From assembly GCA_032718475.1 (NCBI GenBank), contig JAUCBJ010006610.1:1-64000 (forward strand): 64,000 bases of DNA, read 5' to 3'. This document shows positions 12,617-24,820 of the stretch, piece after piece. This DNA comes from Nemertoderma westbladi. Its lineage: Eukaryota; Animalia; Xenacoelomorpha. The position numbers and the translations under genes were made by a program. Within the stretch, counting starts at the first letter, position 1; every line of letters starts with the position of its first letter. The notes beneath the pieces were generated by a model. That model had not been told where the DNA came from. It was given only the letters and a program-made list of their open reading frames with translations, and searched no databases.

Positions 12617-14133
12617 GGCAGTGATTTTTTATGTCCTTCTTTTGACTTTTTTTTGTCCTTTTTTTTTACGAATTATGCATAATGACTTTTGTTGTCCTTT
12701 TAATGACTTTTATTGTCCTTTTAATGACTTTTTATGTATGTATTTCTTCAAACTGTCAGACTGCTGATTTCTGGACTGTCAGACAGTTGATTTCACTATG
12801 CCTGTGCCAAAACATTCCATGATTCCATGATTTATAGACTATGAGATAGATTTCCATATGCGCCTGTGATAAAAAGACTCTATATTTAATAGTTTGTGGT
12901 TGTTGTCGATAATCGATTACCACATGACGTAGCAAAACACTCATTTTATAGCCAAAAACAATTACCAATTGATGAAAAGGAGCAGGTTAAGGCCGAGTTT
13001 TCTAACCAAAACAATAAACAGTCACTTTACCAAATCAGGGAAAGGAGCAGGTTACAGAGACGGGATTTTCAAACCAAAACAAATAAACGATCACTTAACT
13101 AATTGAGGGAAAGGAGCAGGTTACAGAGTCGGGATTTTCTAACCAAAACAATAAACGATCACTTAACTTATTGAGGGAAAGGAGCAGGTTACAGAGGCGG
13201 GATTTTCTAACCAAAACAATAAACGATCATTTAACTAATTGAGGGAAAGGGACAGGTTACAGAGGCGGAATGTTCTAACCAAAACAATAAACGATCACTT
13301 AACTAATTGCGGGAAAGGAGCAGGTTACAGAGGCGGGATTTTCTAACCAAAACAATAAACGATAATTTAACTAATTGAGGGAAAGTGGCAGGTTACAGAG
13401 GCGGGCCTTTCTAACCAAAACATTAAACGGTCACTTTACCAATTCAGGGAAAGGAGCAGGTTACAGAGGCGGGATTTTCTAACCAAAACAATAAACGATC
13501 ATTTAACTAATTGAGGGAAAGGGGCAGGTTACAGAGGCGGGATTTTTTAACCAAACCAAAACAATAAACGATCATTTAACTAATTGAGGGAAAGGAGCAG
13601 GTTACAGAGACGGGATTTTCTAACCAAAACAATAAACTATGTCATGAACATAACAATAAACTATGTCATGAACATTTGAGGGAATGGGACAGCTTAACAG
13701 CTTAAAGATAAAGCCGCATCATTGATTTACATTTCAAATTACATAAATTCAATTAAATTTTATTTCAAATAAAATTAATACAATTTCTTCACCTGTCAAA
13801 TTAAATCAATACAATGTAATTACTGTACCATTAGCACAACCGGTCAGCCGGTAGGCCTACCATTACCGTATTTAAATGGTAGGCTACACAGTAGGCCTAA
13901 AGCAGTACCGGTGCCGGTACCGGTACTAAAATACAGAAATACCTGCTTTATACCTACATCTGTACATACAATACAGCAAAATAGTGCTATATATACTAAT
14001 ACCGGTACTGATAGCCTGAGAGAACAGCAGTAGAGAAACCGGTAGCATGGAACTAACATTAGACTTTTGGAGGACATAAAAAATAAAAAAAAGGACAAAA
14101 AAAGGATTTAAACGGACAATAAAAATTATTGCG
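12617..14133. mobile_element. Mutator-like non-autonomous element nested in a TIR, 9-bp TSD TTTATTTTT
   Basis: Imperfect TIRs GGCAGTGATTTTTTATGTCC and GGACAATAAAAATTATTGCG. TSD at 12608-12616 and 14134-14142. The opposite TIR of the host element has only one copy of the 9-mer. Confidence 0.75.
12970..13640. repeat. About 60-bp tandem minisatellite (about 11 units)
   Basis: Unit GAGGGAAAGGAGCAGGTTACAGAGGCGGGATTTTCTAACCAAAACAATAAACGATCACTTAACTAATT. Related monomers occur near 4620, 15480 (inverted) and 58838. Confidence 0.9.
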
Positions 14134-14889
14134 TTTATTTTTGTTCTATCTATTTATAATATTTGTTTTAATTTCAGGGATTAACTGATGAAACGCTTCT
14201 TCGTTTATTTAAAGGAGGATAAGAAACGGATTCTCAATGATAACCTTAGAGTTGGGTAAGGGGCTGTTCACATACAGTATTACGTAACGCCAATTTTGTC
14301 ATTTTTTGACCCCCCCCCCCCCCCCCCCCTTGTAACACATAGTAACATTTTTTGTTAACCCCCCCCCCCCCCCCATCTAGTAACGTACGCTAGCTTGAGT
14401 ATAATTTTATTAATTGATTTATTTTATTAACATAATATATTATATTAATAATATATTATTATTATAGTTATTATTTTATTATAGTTATATATATTATTAT
14501 ATTAATATATTATATTTATTATATATATTATTATATTAATATATTATATTATTATATTTATCAGTATGTACATGTACACGTACAGTACATTGTTCCGGTA
14601 GCACAGGTAGTTAGTTACCTGGCCTATAGATTTATTTCATCCAGTGGGAGTATTGTAATCAATAATAATTTTATGAAAGTTATATTAAAGACTTTCATAT
14701 TTAAATATAAATGTTTTGTATTGTAACTTTTGGCAATTTGGATTCTACTGTATTGTTTCCTTTAAGTCAAATATCTGACGAAACAAATTTTAATAACAAT
14801 ATTCACGTATATTTTTCCTTTAGTCAAATATTTTCTGAAACAAATTTAAATAACTATTCACTGTATTCAATTTTATAAATTACACTATC

Positions 14890-15200
14890 ACCCAGCACCA
14901 CCCTGTAGACACACCAACCTTACCCGCACCCAGCACCACCCTGCAGACAAACAAACCTCGCCTCCACCCAGCACCACTCTGCACACACACCAACCTTTCC
15001 TCCACCCAGCACCACCCTTCAGACATACCAACCATGCCTCCACCCAGTACCACCCTGCAGACACACCAACCTTTCCTCCGCACAGCACCACCCTGCAGAC
15101 ATACCAACTATGCCTCCACCCAGCACCACCCTGCAGACATACCAACCATGCCTCCACCCAGTACCACCCTACAGACACACAAACCTTTCCTCGACCCAGC
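14890..15200. repeat. C-rich tandem repeat of about 38 bp
   Basis: Recurring CCCAGCACCACCCTGCAGACACACCAACC..CCTCCA. Confidence 0.8.
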
Positions 15201-16310
15201 ATCATCTCCACTCATACATAGATAATGATACATGATGTATAATTTAAGTTTGGACTGGGAGGGGGGATATTCGACGCAAATAGTGTTTTTCGAGATTATT
15301 CACGTATATTTTTCCTTTAGTCAAATATTTGCCGAAACAAATTTAAATAACGATTCACTGTATTCAATTTTATGAATTACACTATCTCATACATACAGTA
15401 GATAATCATACATACTGTATCATTCAGGTTGGGACTGGGGGTTTTTCGTTTATTGTATTCTTAGAAAAACGTGCCATATTGTAACCTGCTCCTTTCCCTT
15501 ACTGATTCTAAAATACCCAACTCTAAGGTTATCATTGAGAATCCGTTTCTTATCCTCCTTTAAATAAACGAAGAAGCGTTTCATCAGTTAATCCCTGAAA
15601 TTAAAACAAATATTATAAATAGATAGAACAAAAATAAATGTATGTTACATTCGGGCTTAGTAATTTCAGAATTTATAGATCCAATATAACATAGTTATAG
15701 GATCCAATGTAACATAATTGCGGTTACGTTCGATTCCAAATAACTATGTTACATTCGATCCTGATTACGTTCAGTCTGCCACCCTGTAACGTGTAACGGC
15801 CCAACGGCCCAACCCTGAACGCGAACGGTACTCTGGCAGTCTGGTACTGCGGTATACAGGTATATGGAATGGAGTGAGGTACCGGTACCGTATATAACTA
15901 TATATATACATACTGACTTGACAGCATGACATACATACCTGTCTGCCTAGGCCTACTGCCTGTATACCGGTAATAGCCTATTACCGGTAATAGGCAGATA
16001 GGCCCTATACTATAGGCCTATACAGATATAGGCCTACTACTGTACTACTACCTGAATATTTTATCGTACCCGGGTATTCCTTTACTATATCACTGTATCA
16101 GTATCAGTCTGTCAGTACCGGTACCTGTACAGCTGTATCTGTGTATTGCTGTATTGTAGGCCTATAGCAGTATAGGCCTATTCTAAATTCAGAAATTGTA
16201 CAGTTGTAACTTGTAAGTCTGTAAGTAAATACTGAAATACAGAAGTACCGGTAGGAGTAGGCCCGAGGAAGTTCTGATGAAATTTGCCGAGCTCGCGAGC
16301 TGATAATGTT

Positions 16311-18758
16311 ATGGCGAACATGGATCTAATAGGTGGGTGGAGTGATTCTCACTCAGCTGCTGTTGAAAGGCAATCTGTTTTTTCGCCAAATGTTGAATCT
16401 GACTTACAACAAAATGCGAAATCGAAGACACCAGTTCGAGCAGTAACCAAACTCTTCACAAAGATGTTGCGCCACTTAGCGCAAGTGGATACGGATTATT
16501 GCGTGCAGAACGCTGCCTTTTATTTCACTACAAACCAAAACGCACGCACAGGTAGTGAGCCTTTACTTCGACGTCGTAAAGATTCCAACCAAAAAGGCAG
16601 CATCGTCTCCACCATGAGCACTAAAAGCGAACGTTTAGTGCCGACAATCAACGGTAAAATACCGGGTCTCATCGGTTTCAATAACCACGGTAACACCTGT
16701 TTCATCAATGCCATCCTCCAATGCCTTAGCTGCACCGATCTGTTTGCTGAGTACTTCGTAACTGGCGCCTATAAATGCGATATTGGTAAGCGGAAATCTT
16801 CATTCTCAAAGTTCTCATCCAAAGGAGAAATAACTGAGCAATTGGCGTTGGTTCTTAAGGGGAAATGGCGATGCGCGTATCAACCTGAACTAACAAGCAG
16901 TTTCAAAGAAGTGATCGGTAAATACGGGGCTCAATATCGTGGATGTTCGCAGCATGATGCTCAGGAGTTCCTCCTGTGGTTGCTGGATAAAGTCCACGAG
17001 GACCTAAACAACACTGCGGTTCGTAAGAGACTCCCGTTCCTGAATGCTGCGAGAGCCCAACCTGAGGAGTCGGGGGCCAACCGGAAGGAATCGATTATAA
17101 ACAACTTGTTCCGGGCTCAGTACCGCAGCAAGTTAACCTGCGAGTCGTGCAGTCGCTCGAGTTCCACGTACGATCCCTTCCTGTGCATCTCGCTACCCAT
17201 ACCACAGCCGCCGCCCCCCGCCGCGGTGGCGGTCACGGTGGCAAGAGAGCTGGGCCCTCACGCACCGGAGAAGATCCAGGTGGCGTTGCAGGACCCCGAC
17301 ACCGACACCGTGGCGTCGCTACGGGACTCTGTGAGTGCCGCTATCGGTGTCCGACGAGACCGTTTACTGCTGCTCCTCGTGTCCCACAAGGCGGGGTTCC
17401 TCCGCACGCTACTGGAGGAGGACTCGGTGGCTGTGGCGTCCGGGGGCGGCGTAGTCGCGTTGGTCTCCCGCTCGCCCCCGGACACCGTCGTCGGCTCCTC
17501 CGTACTCCTCTGTTGCGTGGCTCGTTGCAGTCTCGTTGTTCTCGGGTACCCGTTCTCCCTGGTGGTTAAGCGCAACATCTCCGGCTCTCATCTCCGCGAC
17601 ACTTTATCCAACTACCTCTACATATCCCTGGGTATCTCTGTATCTGTTGCTCTCTCCGTCGAGACCACAGGTAACCAGGTGAACGCTCCACTCGCTGTGG
17701 ATCTCTCTCTCGCGCAACCGCTCTATTCCAACGCCGCGGTCCGCTGCGTAAACAACGCCTCTACCGGGGGCCTCCCGCATCTATTACTCCACGTAAATCT
17801 GTTGACGGAAGGCGAGGAAGAAAAAATCCCGAGTGAGTTGTTCGATTCGCCTGTTCGACTAGAGGATCCGACAGTATCGGACGCGACCAGTGTGGAGGAG
17901 TGTCTAGCGGCGTACACGCGGGAAGAGCGACTGTCCGGGGAGAACGCGTGGCGGTGCCCGCACTGCGCTCACAGCCGGACTATAAAGAAACTCCATCTGT
18001 GGTCGCTACCCACCATACTCACGCTGCATCTAAAGCGGTTCAAACAGGTCGGCAATCTCCGCAAGAAGTTGGAAACGCTCGTCGACTTCCCACTCGTCGG
18101 TTTATCGCTGGATAAATACGTAGCGGAGAGGCCCGCGGTGCAGCGGAACCAGTTCGGGACGGTACCGGTGCGGAGGCAGCGTGGCGACTCGTGGGAGAGT
18201 CGGACTTACGATCTGTACGCGGTCTGCAACCACCACGGTACCATGGCGGGCGGCCACTACACTGCGGCGGCTCGGCACCCCGCCACCGGGCGGTGGTTCG
18301 CCTACGACGACGCCAGTCTGCGGCCCCTAGATAGCGCCGGCGTCGTCACCAACGACTCCTACATTCTCTTCTACCAGCGGCGCGACTGTTCGCAGAGCCG
18401 CTCCGGTGTCTGGGACGCTCATTGGTCCGCCGGGCTGCCGGGGGTCACCATGACTCCCGCCTCGTCCACCGGCTCTTTGTTGTCTGACGAGGGGGTCAGT
18501 GGTCTAAACGGTGTCGTAGCAACTGTAACCAACGGTGCCGGTGTAACCAATGATGCCGGTGCAACTACAACCAATGGTGCCGGTGCAACTGTAACCAATG
18601 GTACCGGTGCAACTGTAACCAATGGTACCGGAGCAACTGTAACCAATGGTACCGGTGCAACTATACCCAACGGTGCCAATGACACCAATACCTTTGGAGC
18701 CCCATTATGTCGCCCGGAAAGTGTCCACTCTATCTGCGACACTTTTGAACCTTTATAG
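16311..18758 (+). CDS. Ubiquitin carboxyl-terminal hydrolase, USP31/USP43-like, single exon
   Basis: Cys box GFNNHGNTCFINAILQCLS, QHDAQEFLLWLLDKVHEDLN, CESC/CPHC zinc-binding pair, LHLKRF, His box YDLYAVCNHHGTMAGGHYTA and WFAYDD. The LFAEY and LLDKVHEDLN motifs match the USP31/43 subfamily. The first ATG is at 16311; the ORF track starts at an upstream TTG. Confidence 0.9.
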   Translation: MANMDLIGGWSDSHSAAVERQSVFSPNVESDLQQNAKSKTPVRAVTKLFTKMLRHLAQVDTDYCVQNAAFYFTTNQNARTGSEPLLRRRKDSNQKGSIVSTMSTKSERLVPTINGKIPGLIGFNNHGNTCFINAILQCLSCTDLFAEYFVTGAYKCDIGKRKSSFSKFSSKGEITEQLALVLKGKWRCAYQPELTSSFKEVIGKYGAQYRGCSQHDAQEFLLWLLDKVHEDLNNTAVRKRLPFLNAARAQPEESGANRKESIINNLFRAQYRSKLTCESCSRSSSTYDPFLCISLPIPQPPPPAAVAVTVARELGPHAPEKIQVALQDPDTDTVASLRDSVSAAIGVRRDRLLLLLVSHKAGFLRTLLEEDSVAVASGGGVVALVSRSPPDTVVGSSVLLCCVARCSLVVLGYPFSLVVKRNISGSHLRDTLSNYLYISLGISVSVALSVETTGNQVNAPLAVDLSLAQPLYSNAAVRCVNNASTGGLPHLLLHVNLLTEGEEEKIPSELFDSPVRLEDPTVSDATSVEECLAAYTREERLSGENAWRCPHCAHSRTIKKLHLWSLPTILTLHLKRFKQVGNLRKKLETLVDFPLVGLSLDKYVAERPAVQRNQFGTVPVRRQRGDSWESRTYDLYAVCNHHGTMAGGHYTAAARHPATGRWFAYDDASLRPLDSAGVVTNDSYILFYQRRDCSQSRSGVWDAHWSAGLPGVTMTPASSTGSLLSDEGVSGLNGVVATVTNGAGVTNDAGATTTNGAGATVTNGTGATVTNGTGATVTNGTGATIPNGANDTNTFGAPLCRPESVHSICDTFEPL
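18520..18690 (+). repeat. 24-bp coding tandem repeat (ATVTNGTG) in the USP C-terminal tail
   Basis: GCAACTGTAACCAATGGTACCGGT repeated about 6-7 times in frame. Confidence 0.85.
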
Positions 18759-20366
18759 GTAATTAATTACTATCGTTGCGATAGATAATATTGGTGGTGA
18801 AGGATTTAGCTTTTATTTATTTTATCGCGCGCTTAATAAATGGTTCTATTTAGTCGGAAAGTAACTTTATCATGCCATTGAATAAGAAAATTATTATTTA
18901 CGAAATTACAAGTGTGTATATACAAGTGTACATATTCTTTACAGTTTGCTGATCGGAAGGGTTTCTTACACGAAAGATCGCAGAGATTGAGTTCAAATAA
19001 AGCCTTACGGATCATAACACTGTAAAGTACTTTGCAACAACAATGCTTTTAGTTTTATTCCAAAATTGTAACATTACGAATCGATTTCTATTCAAAAGCT
19101 GCACGTGAAACTATCGTTGTTGTAAAATAATTTTTTGTTGTTTATCTCATATTTTCTAAGTATTTAAAAGTATAAAAAGTTGTCATTCAAAATAAATTGT
19201 TTAATTTAGCAAATTCCATGGTTTATCGATATTTATGTGTCCGTATGGTAACGCCTAGACCCTACAGTGACTACTAACTTCCAGTTGACGTTTTCCCTAT
19301 CCCGTCTATCCTAGTTCCACATTTAGTTTTACTATAAAGTTACCCCCCCCCCCCCCCCCTCCCTAGAACTGTAGAATCCACATCACCCGGCTACTCGGTG
19401 TGCTACATAACAACTGGCCGCTGTTAATTAACGGTTTTTAGCAATGTTACAATTTTTTATATATTTACTAAAAAAAAATGAGTTTAAATGCTTGTGAGTC
19501 GCACAGCAAGAATATAATATTAATTGATATATTTATTTATATCATTCATTGTCGTATGTAGAATAGAATCTTTTTATTTAGTCTGGAAATCGAAGTACCA
19601 AGTTTTTAGTTTCTAACACTACGTAAACAATTAATAGATCCCCGGTAGTATTTTATAATTATGTATTTATAGAGTTCCTATTGTTTGCTTGCTTTAAAGT
19701 TTAGTTACATTAGATACTTAAATGGGATGGAAATATTAATTTTTTAGCATTTAATTGGCGTGGCGTTGGGTTTTTTACTGCTACTTTTTATATCGATTGC
19801 GTGTCTGTTTTATATAGCGGCTTCTAGTTACGGTACCTACCTACTGTACGTATAGACAGACACGTCACTTATACCGCATTCGCATATACGTATTGTATTG
19901 TATAGGATACGTATATAATTTCATATTTAATTTAATGTGCCATAACTGTTTATTCAGAGCCATTCCAACTATACCAACATTAATATATTCATTGTCGACT
20001 TATTTATTGTATTTTTGTACTAATGGGGTTTCATTAAATAGTTTATGTACATCGGATGTTTGTATCGGTTTTATTAAACGGCTTTGTATTAATGAATTTC
20101 ATTAAATTAATTAAATTAAGGCGCGCTTTCTCTTTTGCAAACGTGTTGTAGTTCTTATTGTTCCAAATAATTAATTAATTGTCCCAAAATGTCCATTCTA
20201 TATTTTACTACAAGCGATATAACTTATCACGTCATCTTTCGTCATACTACATACGGTATTTATGGTATCAGAATAAATTTTAAACTCTTTAGTTTTTCCT
20301 TTACTAGTTTCAATGAAATTATGTTTATTAAATTGCCATTCGACTACTCAGGGTCCAATTTCCTTG

Positions 20367-21106
20367 AGTAAAAAGTATTAGTAAAAGTATTAGTAAAGTA
20401 AAGTAAAGTATTAGTAAAGTAAAGTATTAGTAAAAGTATTAGTAAAGTAAAGTATTAGTAAAGTAAAGTAAAGTAAAGTATTAGTAAAGTAAAGTAAATT
20501 ATTAGTAAAGTAAATTATTAGTAAAGTAAAGTAAATTATTAGTAAAGTAAAGTATTAGTAAAGTAAAGTAAATTATTAGTAAAGTAAAGTAAATTATTTG
20601 TAAAGTAAAGTATTAGTAAAGTAAAGTAAAGTATTAGTAAAGTAAAGTAAAGTATTAGTAAAGTAAAGTAAAGTATTAGTAAAGTAAAGTATTAGTAAAG
20701 TAAAGTATTAGTAAAGTAAAGTATTAGTAAAGTAAAGTATTAGTAAAGTAAAGTATTAGTAAAGTAAAGTAAAGTAAAGTATTAGTAAAGTAAAGTAAAG
20801 TAAAGTAAAGTAAAGTATTAGTAAAGTAAAGTATTAGTAAAGTAAAGTAAAGTATTAGTAAAGTAAAGTATTAGTAAAGTAAAGTAAAGTATTAGTAAAG
20901 TAAAGTAAAGTATTAGTAAAGTTAAGTATTAGTAAAGTAAAGTATTAGTAAAGTAAAGTATTAGTAAAGTAAAGTATTAGTAAAGTAAAGTATTAGTAAA
21001 GTAAAGTATTATTAAAGTAAAGTAAAGTATTAGTAAAGTAAAGTATTAGTAAAGTAATAGTAAAGTATTAGTAAGGTAAAGTAAAGTAAAGTATTAGTAA
21101 AAGTAT
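20367..21106. repeat. Compound microsatellite (AGTAA)n/(AGTATT)
   Basis: About 740 bp made only of AGTAA and AGTATT/ATTATT units. Confidence 0.95.
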
Positions 21107-21920
21107 TTCTTTGCCGTTTATTTGCCTGTGTTACACGATTTTTTTTTCCATTTTAATATTTATTATTTTTACCTCAATCTTATCCTAACTACTTTAATTG
21201 TTTTGTTATAAAGCCATGTCTATGGCCATGAAATGTATATGAAATTTATTGAACACGTAAACGATCAGTTTAGTTCTAGTACTAATTTTATTTGGTGAAT
21301 TAGAATATGTATATAAATTTATATGAAAGCATTTCAAATAAGACTAAAACGATTATGATTACTGTGTATCTCTATTATGTGCGCATCTATTTTTCGTTTT
21401 CTTTTAATTATTGACTTTCCTTTTGTACATACATGTAGTATTTTATAACTGGAGTAATTTCTTTCTTCAGTGCTCTTTATTATATAGCTATGTGGGGTCG
21501 GTTCATTCTTTGTTTTGACTCTGATTTTCTAATTATTTTGTAACGAAACTCCCCTCCCCTCTCCCATGTCAGGGGGGGATCCCGGCTTTTACTAATCTTC
21601 AAATTTCGAATCAAATTTAGAACAAGTTATTATTTAGTACACCTTATTGATGAGAGTTTATCAAAAACTAATTTAAATTATTTGATCATCATTATGTATT
21701 TAATCATCTTCACATTAATAAACTGAATACAAACAATATTATCTATTTATTAGATGGTAAATAATAGCGCTCTTTTCCCGCCTTCGTATGATGTTGTATA
21801 ATTTGCTGAGTGAGTGTAGTGGACGAGTGTAGTGAGCGAGGTCAAGGTAAAATCTGAATATTTTTAATTCAAATTACTGCAATTCATCTTCTCCCCAACG
21901 AAATTAATAATGAATTTTTT

Positions 21921-22580
21921 TTAAGGGGGGGGGGGGGGGGTACACCATTTTCGGACAACTCTTCGATTTATCAATCTCAGCGTTACAAAATTGTTTGGTT
22001 TTGGCTAAAATTTGGAATATAGGTGCCTAAGATGCTATTCTACATGACAGGTCCGAAATGTTTTTTTCGCTATTTAATATTAGTTAATACAAGTTAACAT
22101 TAAAAAAAACTTGGTTGCGCTTAAAACCCTAAGGCTTTTACTGTTTTGAATCTAATCACATGAAAGTTTTTTTATATGATAGATCAAAGATGGGGCAACA
22201 TAACTATCAGGCGAAATTTTGTGAAAAAAATTCTGCACCGCTAGGTGGCCTTCAAATTTATGCAAATTTTTAGGTTTGTTATAAATAGTATTAAATTTTA
22301 TTAACAAAAAAAATTTCGAAAAGTTGTCTGATATTTTTATACAGGGTGGCTATGTAGATTGTAGACACCCACAGAAAGTTTCAGACTAATTGCTCAAAAA
22401 TTGTAGAAGTAGTAGGGTTTTGAATTTGACAATTTCATAAAAAAATATTTGGAGATAATCGACCTTTCATTATACATAGTAATAGTAATTTCAATAGGAT
22501 TCCCTAAATGGAAATTGTTATAACTTGAATTCCCCCCCTTAAGCTTATAACCCCCCCCCCCCCCCCCCCCCCCCCTTAAG
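21921..22580. mobile_element. Possible Kolobok-like non-autonomous element (TTAA-GG...CC-TTAA)
   Basis: Starts TTAAGGGGG and ends CCCCCTTAA. The interior is non-coding. Confidence 0.4.
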
Positions 22581-23539
22581 GAATATTTAAGTCAAGATTT
22601 CCATCAGTACTATTTCAAGTTGATATAGAGACTATAGCTCAATCTATAGCTGTTTTAGATTTTATGTAGGGGAGGAGAGTGGTGGTTATTAGCATTTTTA
22701 CTTATTTAAAAATACAACGGTTGAAAACATTCCCACTGAGATTTAGATCAATGACATTCGACGGTTTACATGTGTATTACATTTCATATACCAGAAATCG
22801 GTCCAGTTGGTAGGCTGGTGTGGCAGGGAAAGGAATAGTCACTAATCATAGTCAGTCTAGTTACTTGATCAGAAGTTCTATTTCTCAGACTGCATTATAA
22901 TTTTATGTATAATAAGTATAAATTTATTAAAAATACAAATTGAAATCATTCTATAGAACTCACTGAGTCACGCACATGATATATTTTTATAACTTTCTTT
23001 GGGCACAGCTTTTCGAAGTCGGCATTGACATCTAGGTGGGGTCGAACTGGTGACCGCCAGGTTGGTGCGATCCCACCTGCACGTCATTGTCGAATGTGCC
23101 AAAGCTTTGCAATACGAAAGTTATAATAATATGAAACCAATCGTTATCCCAAAACAACAGGTTGCAAATGATTAACACATGATATCTGGTCTCCTAGGTC
23201 CGAAAATTACTCCTAATCATGTCACTTTATCAATATTAGCTATTTTTATTTTTTATAAATTAATTATTTTTATATTTATTTATTATTCATATGTTAAATA
23301 TATGTAAAAAAATATAATAAATATATCCATAACAACTAACTGCGACTGTCCTATTTAATAAACATTTATTATAGGAAGGGATCTAGGGGTCTTTACCTCG
23401 AATGATAAGTTTATTTTACCGAAAATAACTTATCTTTTATGGATCCTAGATCCTAGATCCCTTCCTATAATAAATGTATAATAACAAACACCTCGAAAAA
23501 TACAGCTTGCCAACACATTGTTACTATTTAATAAAGGAG

Positions 23540-23648
23540 GACTTACTCAACTCACGACGGTTTTAAAGAAAGCCAGCATGGATCCCGAAATGTTTAAGAA
23601 CTTTCAGCCGTTTTCTAACTTATTATTTATATCGAAGCTAGTCGAGAG
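23540..23648 (+). mobile_element. Small L2-like LINE RT fragment cut off by the LTR element
   Basis: LKKASMDPEMFKNFQPFSNLLFISKLVE matches LKKLRLDPEILNHFRPVSNLLYISKLTE of the L2 ORF2 at about 46200. Similarity stops where the LTR starts. Confidence 0.7.
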
Positions 23649-24820
23649 TGTTCGCGGTATTTCAACTTTTCCTAACGCGAGTTTAATATTTTTTGGATTT
23701 ATTTGAAATGAATATTCCAATATCAATACTGGGTGCGGGAACATGGAATTCGGGCACATTCAATGGACTGGGGGCGATTTACGGGCGAATATTGGGGCGA
23801 CTTACGGGGTACGGGACTCATGTCAGATATTTAAGGGCCAGGGGTGGGAGGCAAAGTTAAGCAGTACTCAGGTTTACCTGAATTACTATTAGGCCTAGCC
23901 AACTTCCTGCTGCCTGTAGAGGTGGATTTGGTAACTCGCTAGGCCTAGGGACAAGGCCCCTAGCGGTCCCTGGTCAACAGCAGTTATTACGAGCCTGAAT
24001 AAGGACTCGGAAAGTCTGCTGCTTGTGTCAGGGATTTGCGACGGGAACCGACAGACAGATCCTTAGCAGTCCCTGGTCACCGGCAGTTATTACGAGCCTG
24101 AATAAGGACTCGGAAAGCTTGCCGACTACGCCAGGGACTTGAGACGGGTCGACCGACTAAACGGAGGAAGGGTTCGACGAGGACTGCCTTCCTGGAGTGG
24201 GTTCCACGACCGGCGTTAGTATGAGCCTGAATAAGGACTTGGAAAACTACCAACAGTTGGGACTCACGATGGGCTGACAGACCCCTTGCCAAGCCGTACC
24301 GCTTTCCTGATGACCCATCCCTTCGGGGTTCGGGAAGGGTGGGACGGACACGCAACGGGGTCGAAAGACAAAGGACCGGACTCCACTGGCCTACCGACTG
24401 TTTGGAGCAGCTTCTCGGCTACCGAAGCGACTATGAGCCTGAAAAGGATTCGGAATGCTTAGGTGGTTGGTTCCCTGTGATGAACCGACGGACCCCTAGC
24501 CAAGCCGCACCGCTTTCCTGATGACCGATCCCTTCGGGGTTCGGGAAGGGTGGGACGGACATGCAAACGGGTCCACCGACGCGACAGACCCCTAGCCAAG
24601 CTGTACCGCTTTCCTGATGACCGATCCCTTCGGGGTTCGGGAAGGGTGGGACGGACACGCAACCGGGTCTACTGACTTGACCGACCCTTAGCCAAGCCAT
24701 ACCGCTTTCCTGATGACTGATCCCTTCGGGGTTCGGGGAGGGTGGGACGGACACGCAACAGGGTCGATCGACACCGACACTACGGTACCGAGACTAGGAC
24801 CGAGGGAAAATTGTGGAACA
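23649..24820 (+). repeat. 5' LTR (TGTTC...GAACA, about 1172 bp)
   Basis: Identity to the copy at 34002 begins exactly at TGTTCGCGG. The right end is inferred from the terminal inverted repeat GAACA; an alternative end at 25117 before TGGTGTCGG is possible. Confidence 0.75.

Larger units (their letters stand above)
12462..15784. mobile_element. Non-autonomous TIR DNA transposon with long TIRs (GGG...CCC)
   Basis: The left arm (12462-12616 plus 14143-14238) is the reverse complement of the right arm (about 15515-15784). Near-perfect flanking repeat AGTAACGT/TGTAACGT. Confidence 0.75.

Noticed and set aside
14880-15225. Short Trp/Cys/Gly-rich ORFs
   Set aside because: They are translations of a tandem repeat inside a non-autonomous transposon.
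24300-24370. Hammerhead ribozyme in the LTR repeat (CTGATGA...GAAA)
   Set aside because: Stem II would close with C-C rather than R-Y, stems I and III are not evident, and the other repeat copies lack the GAAA.
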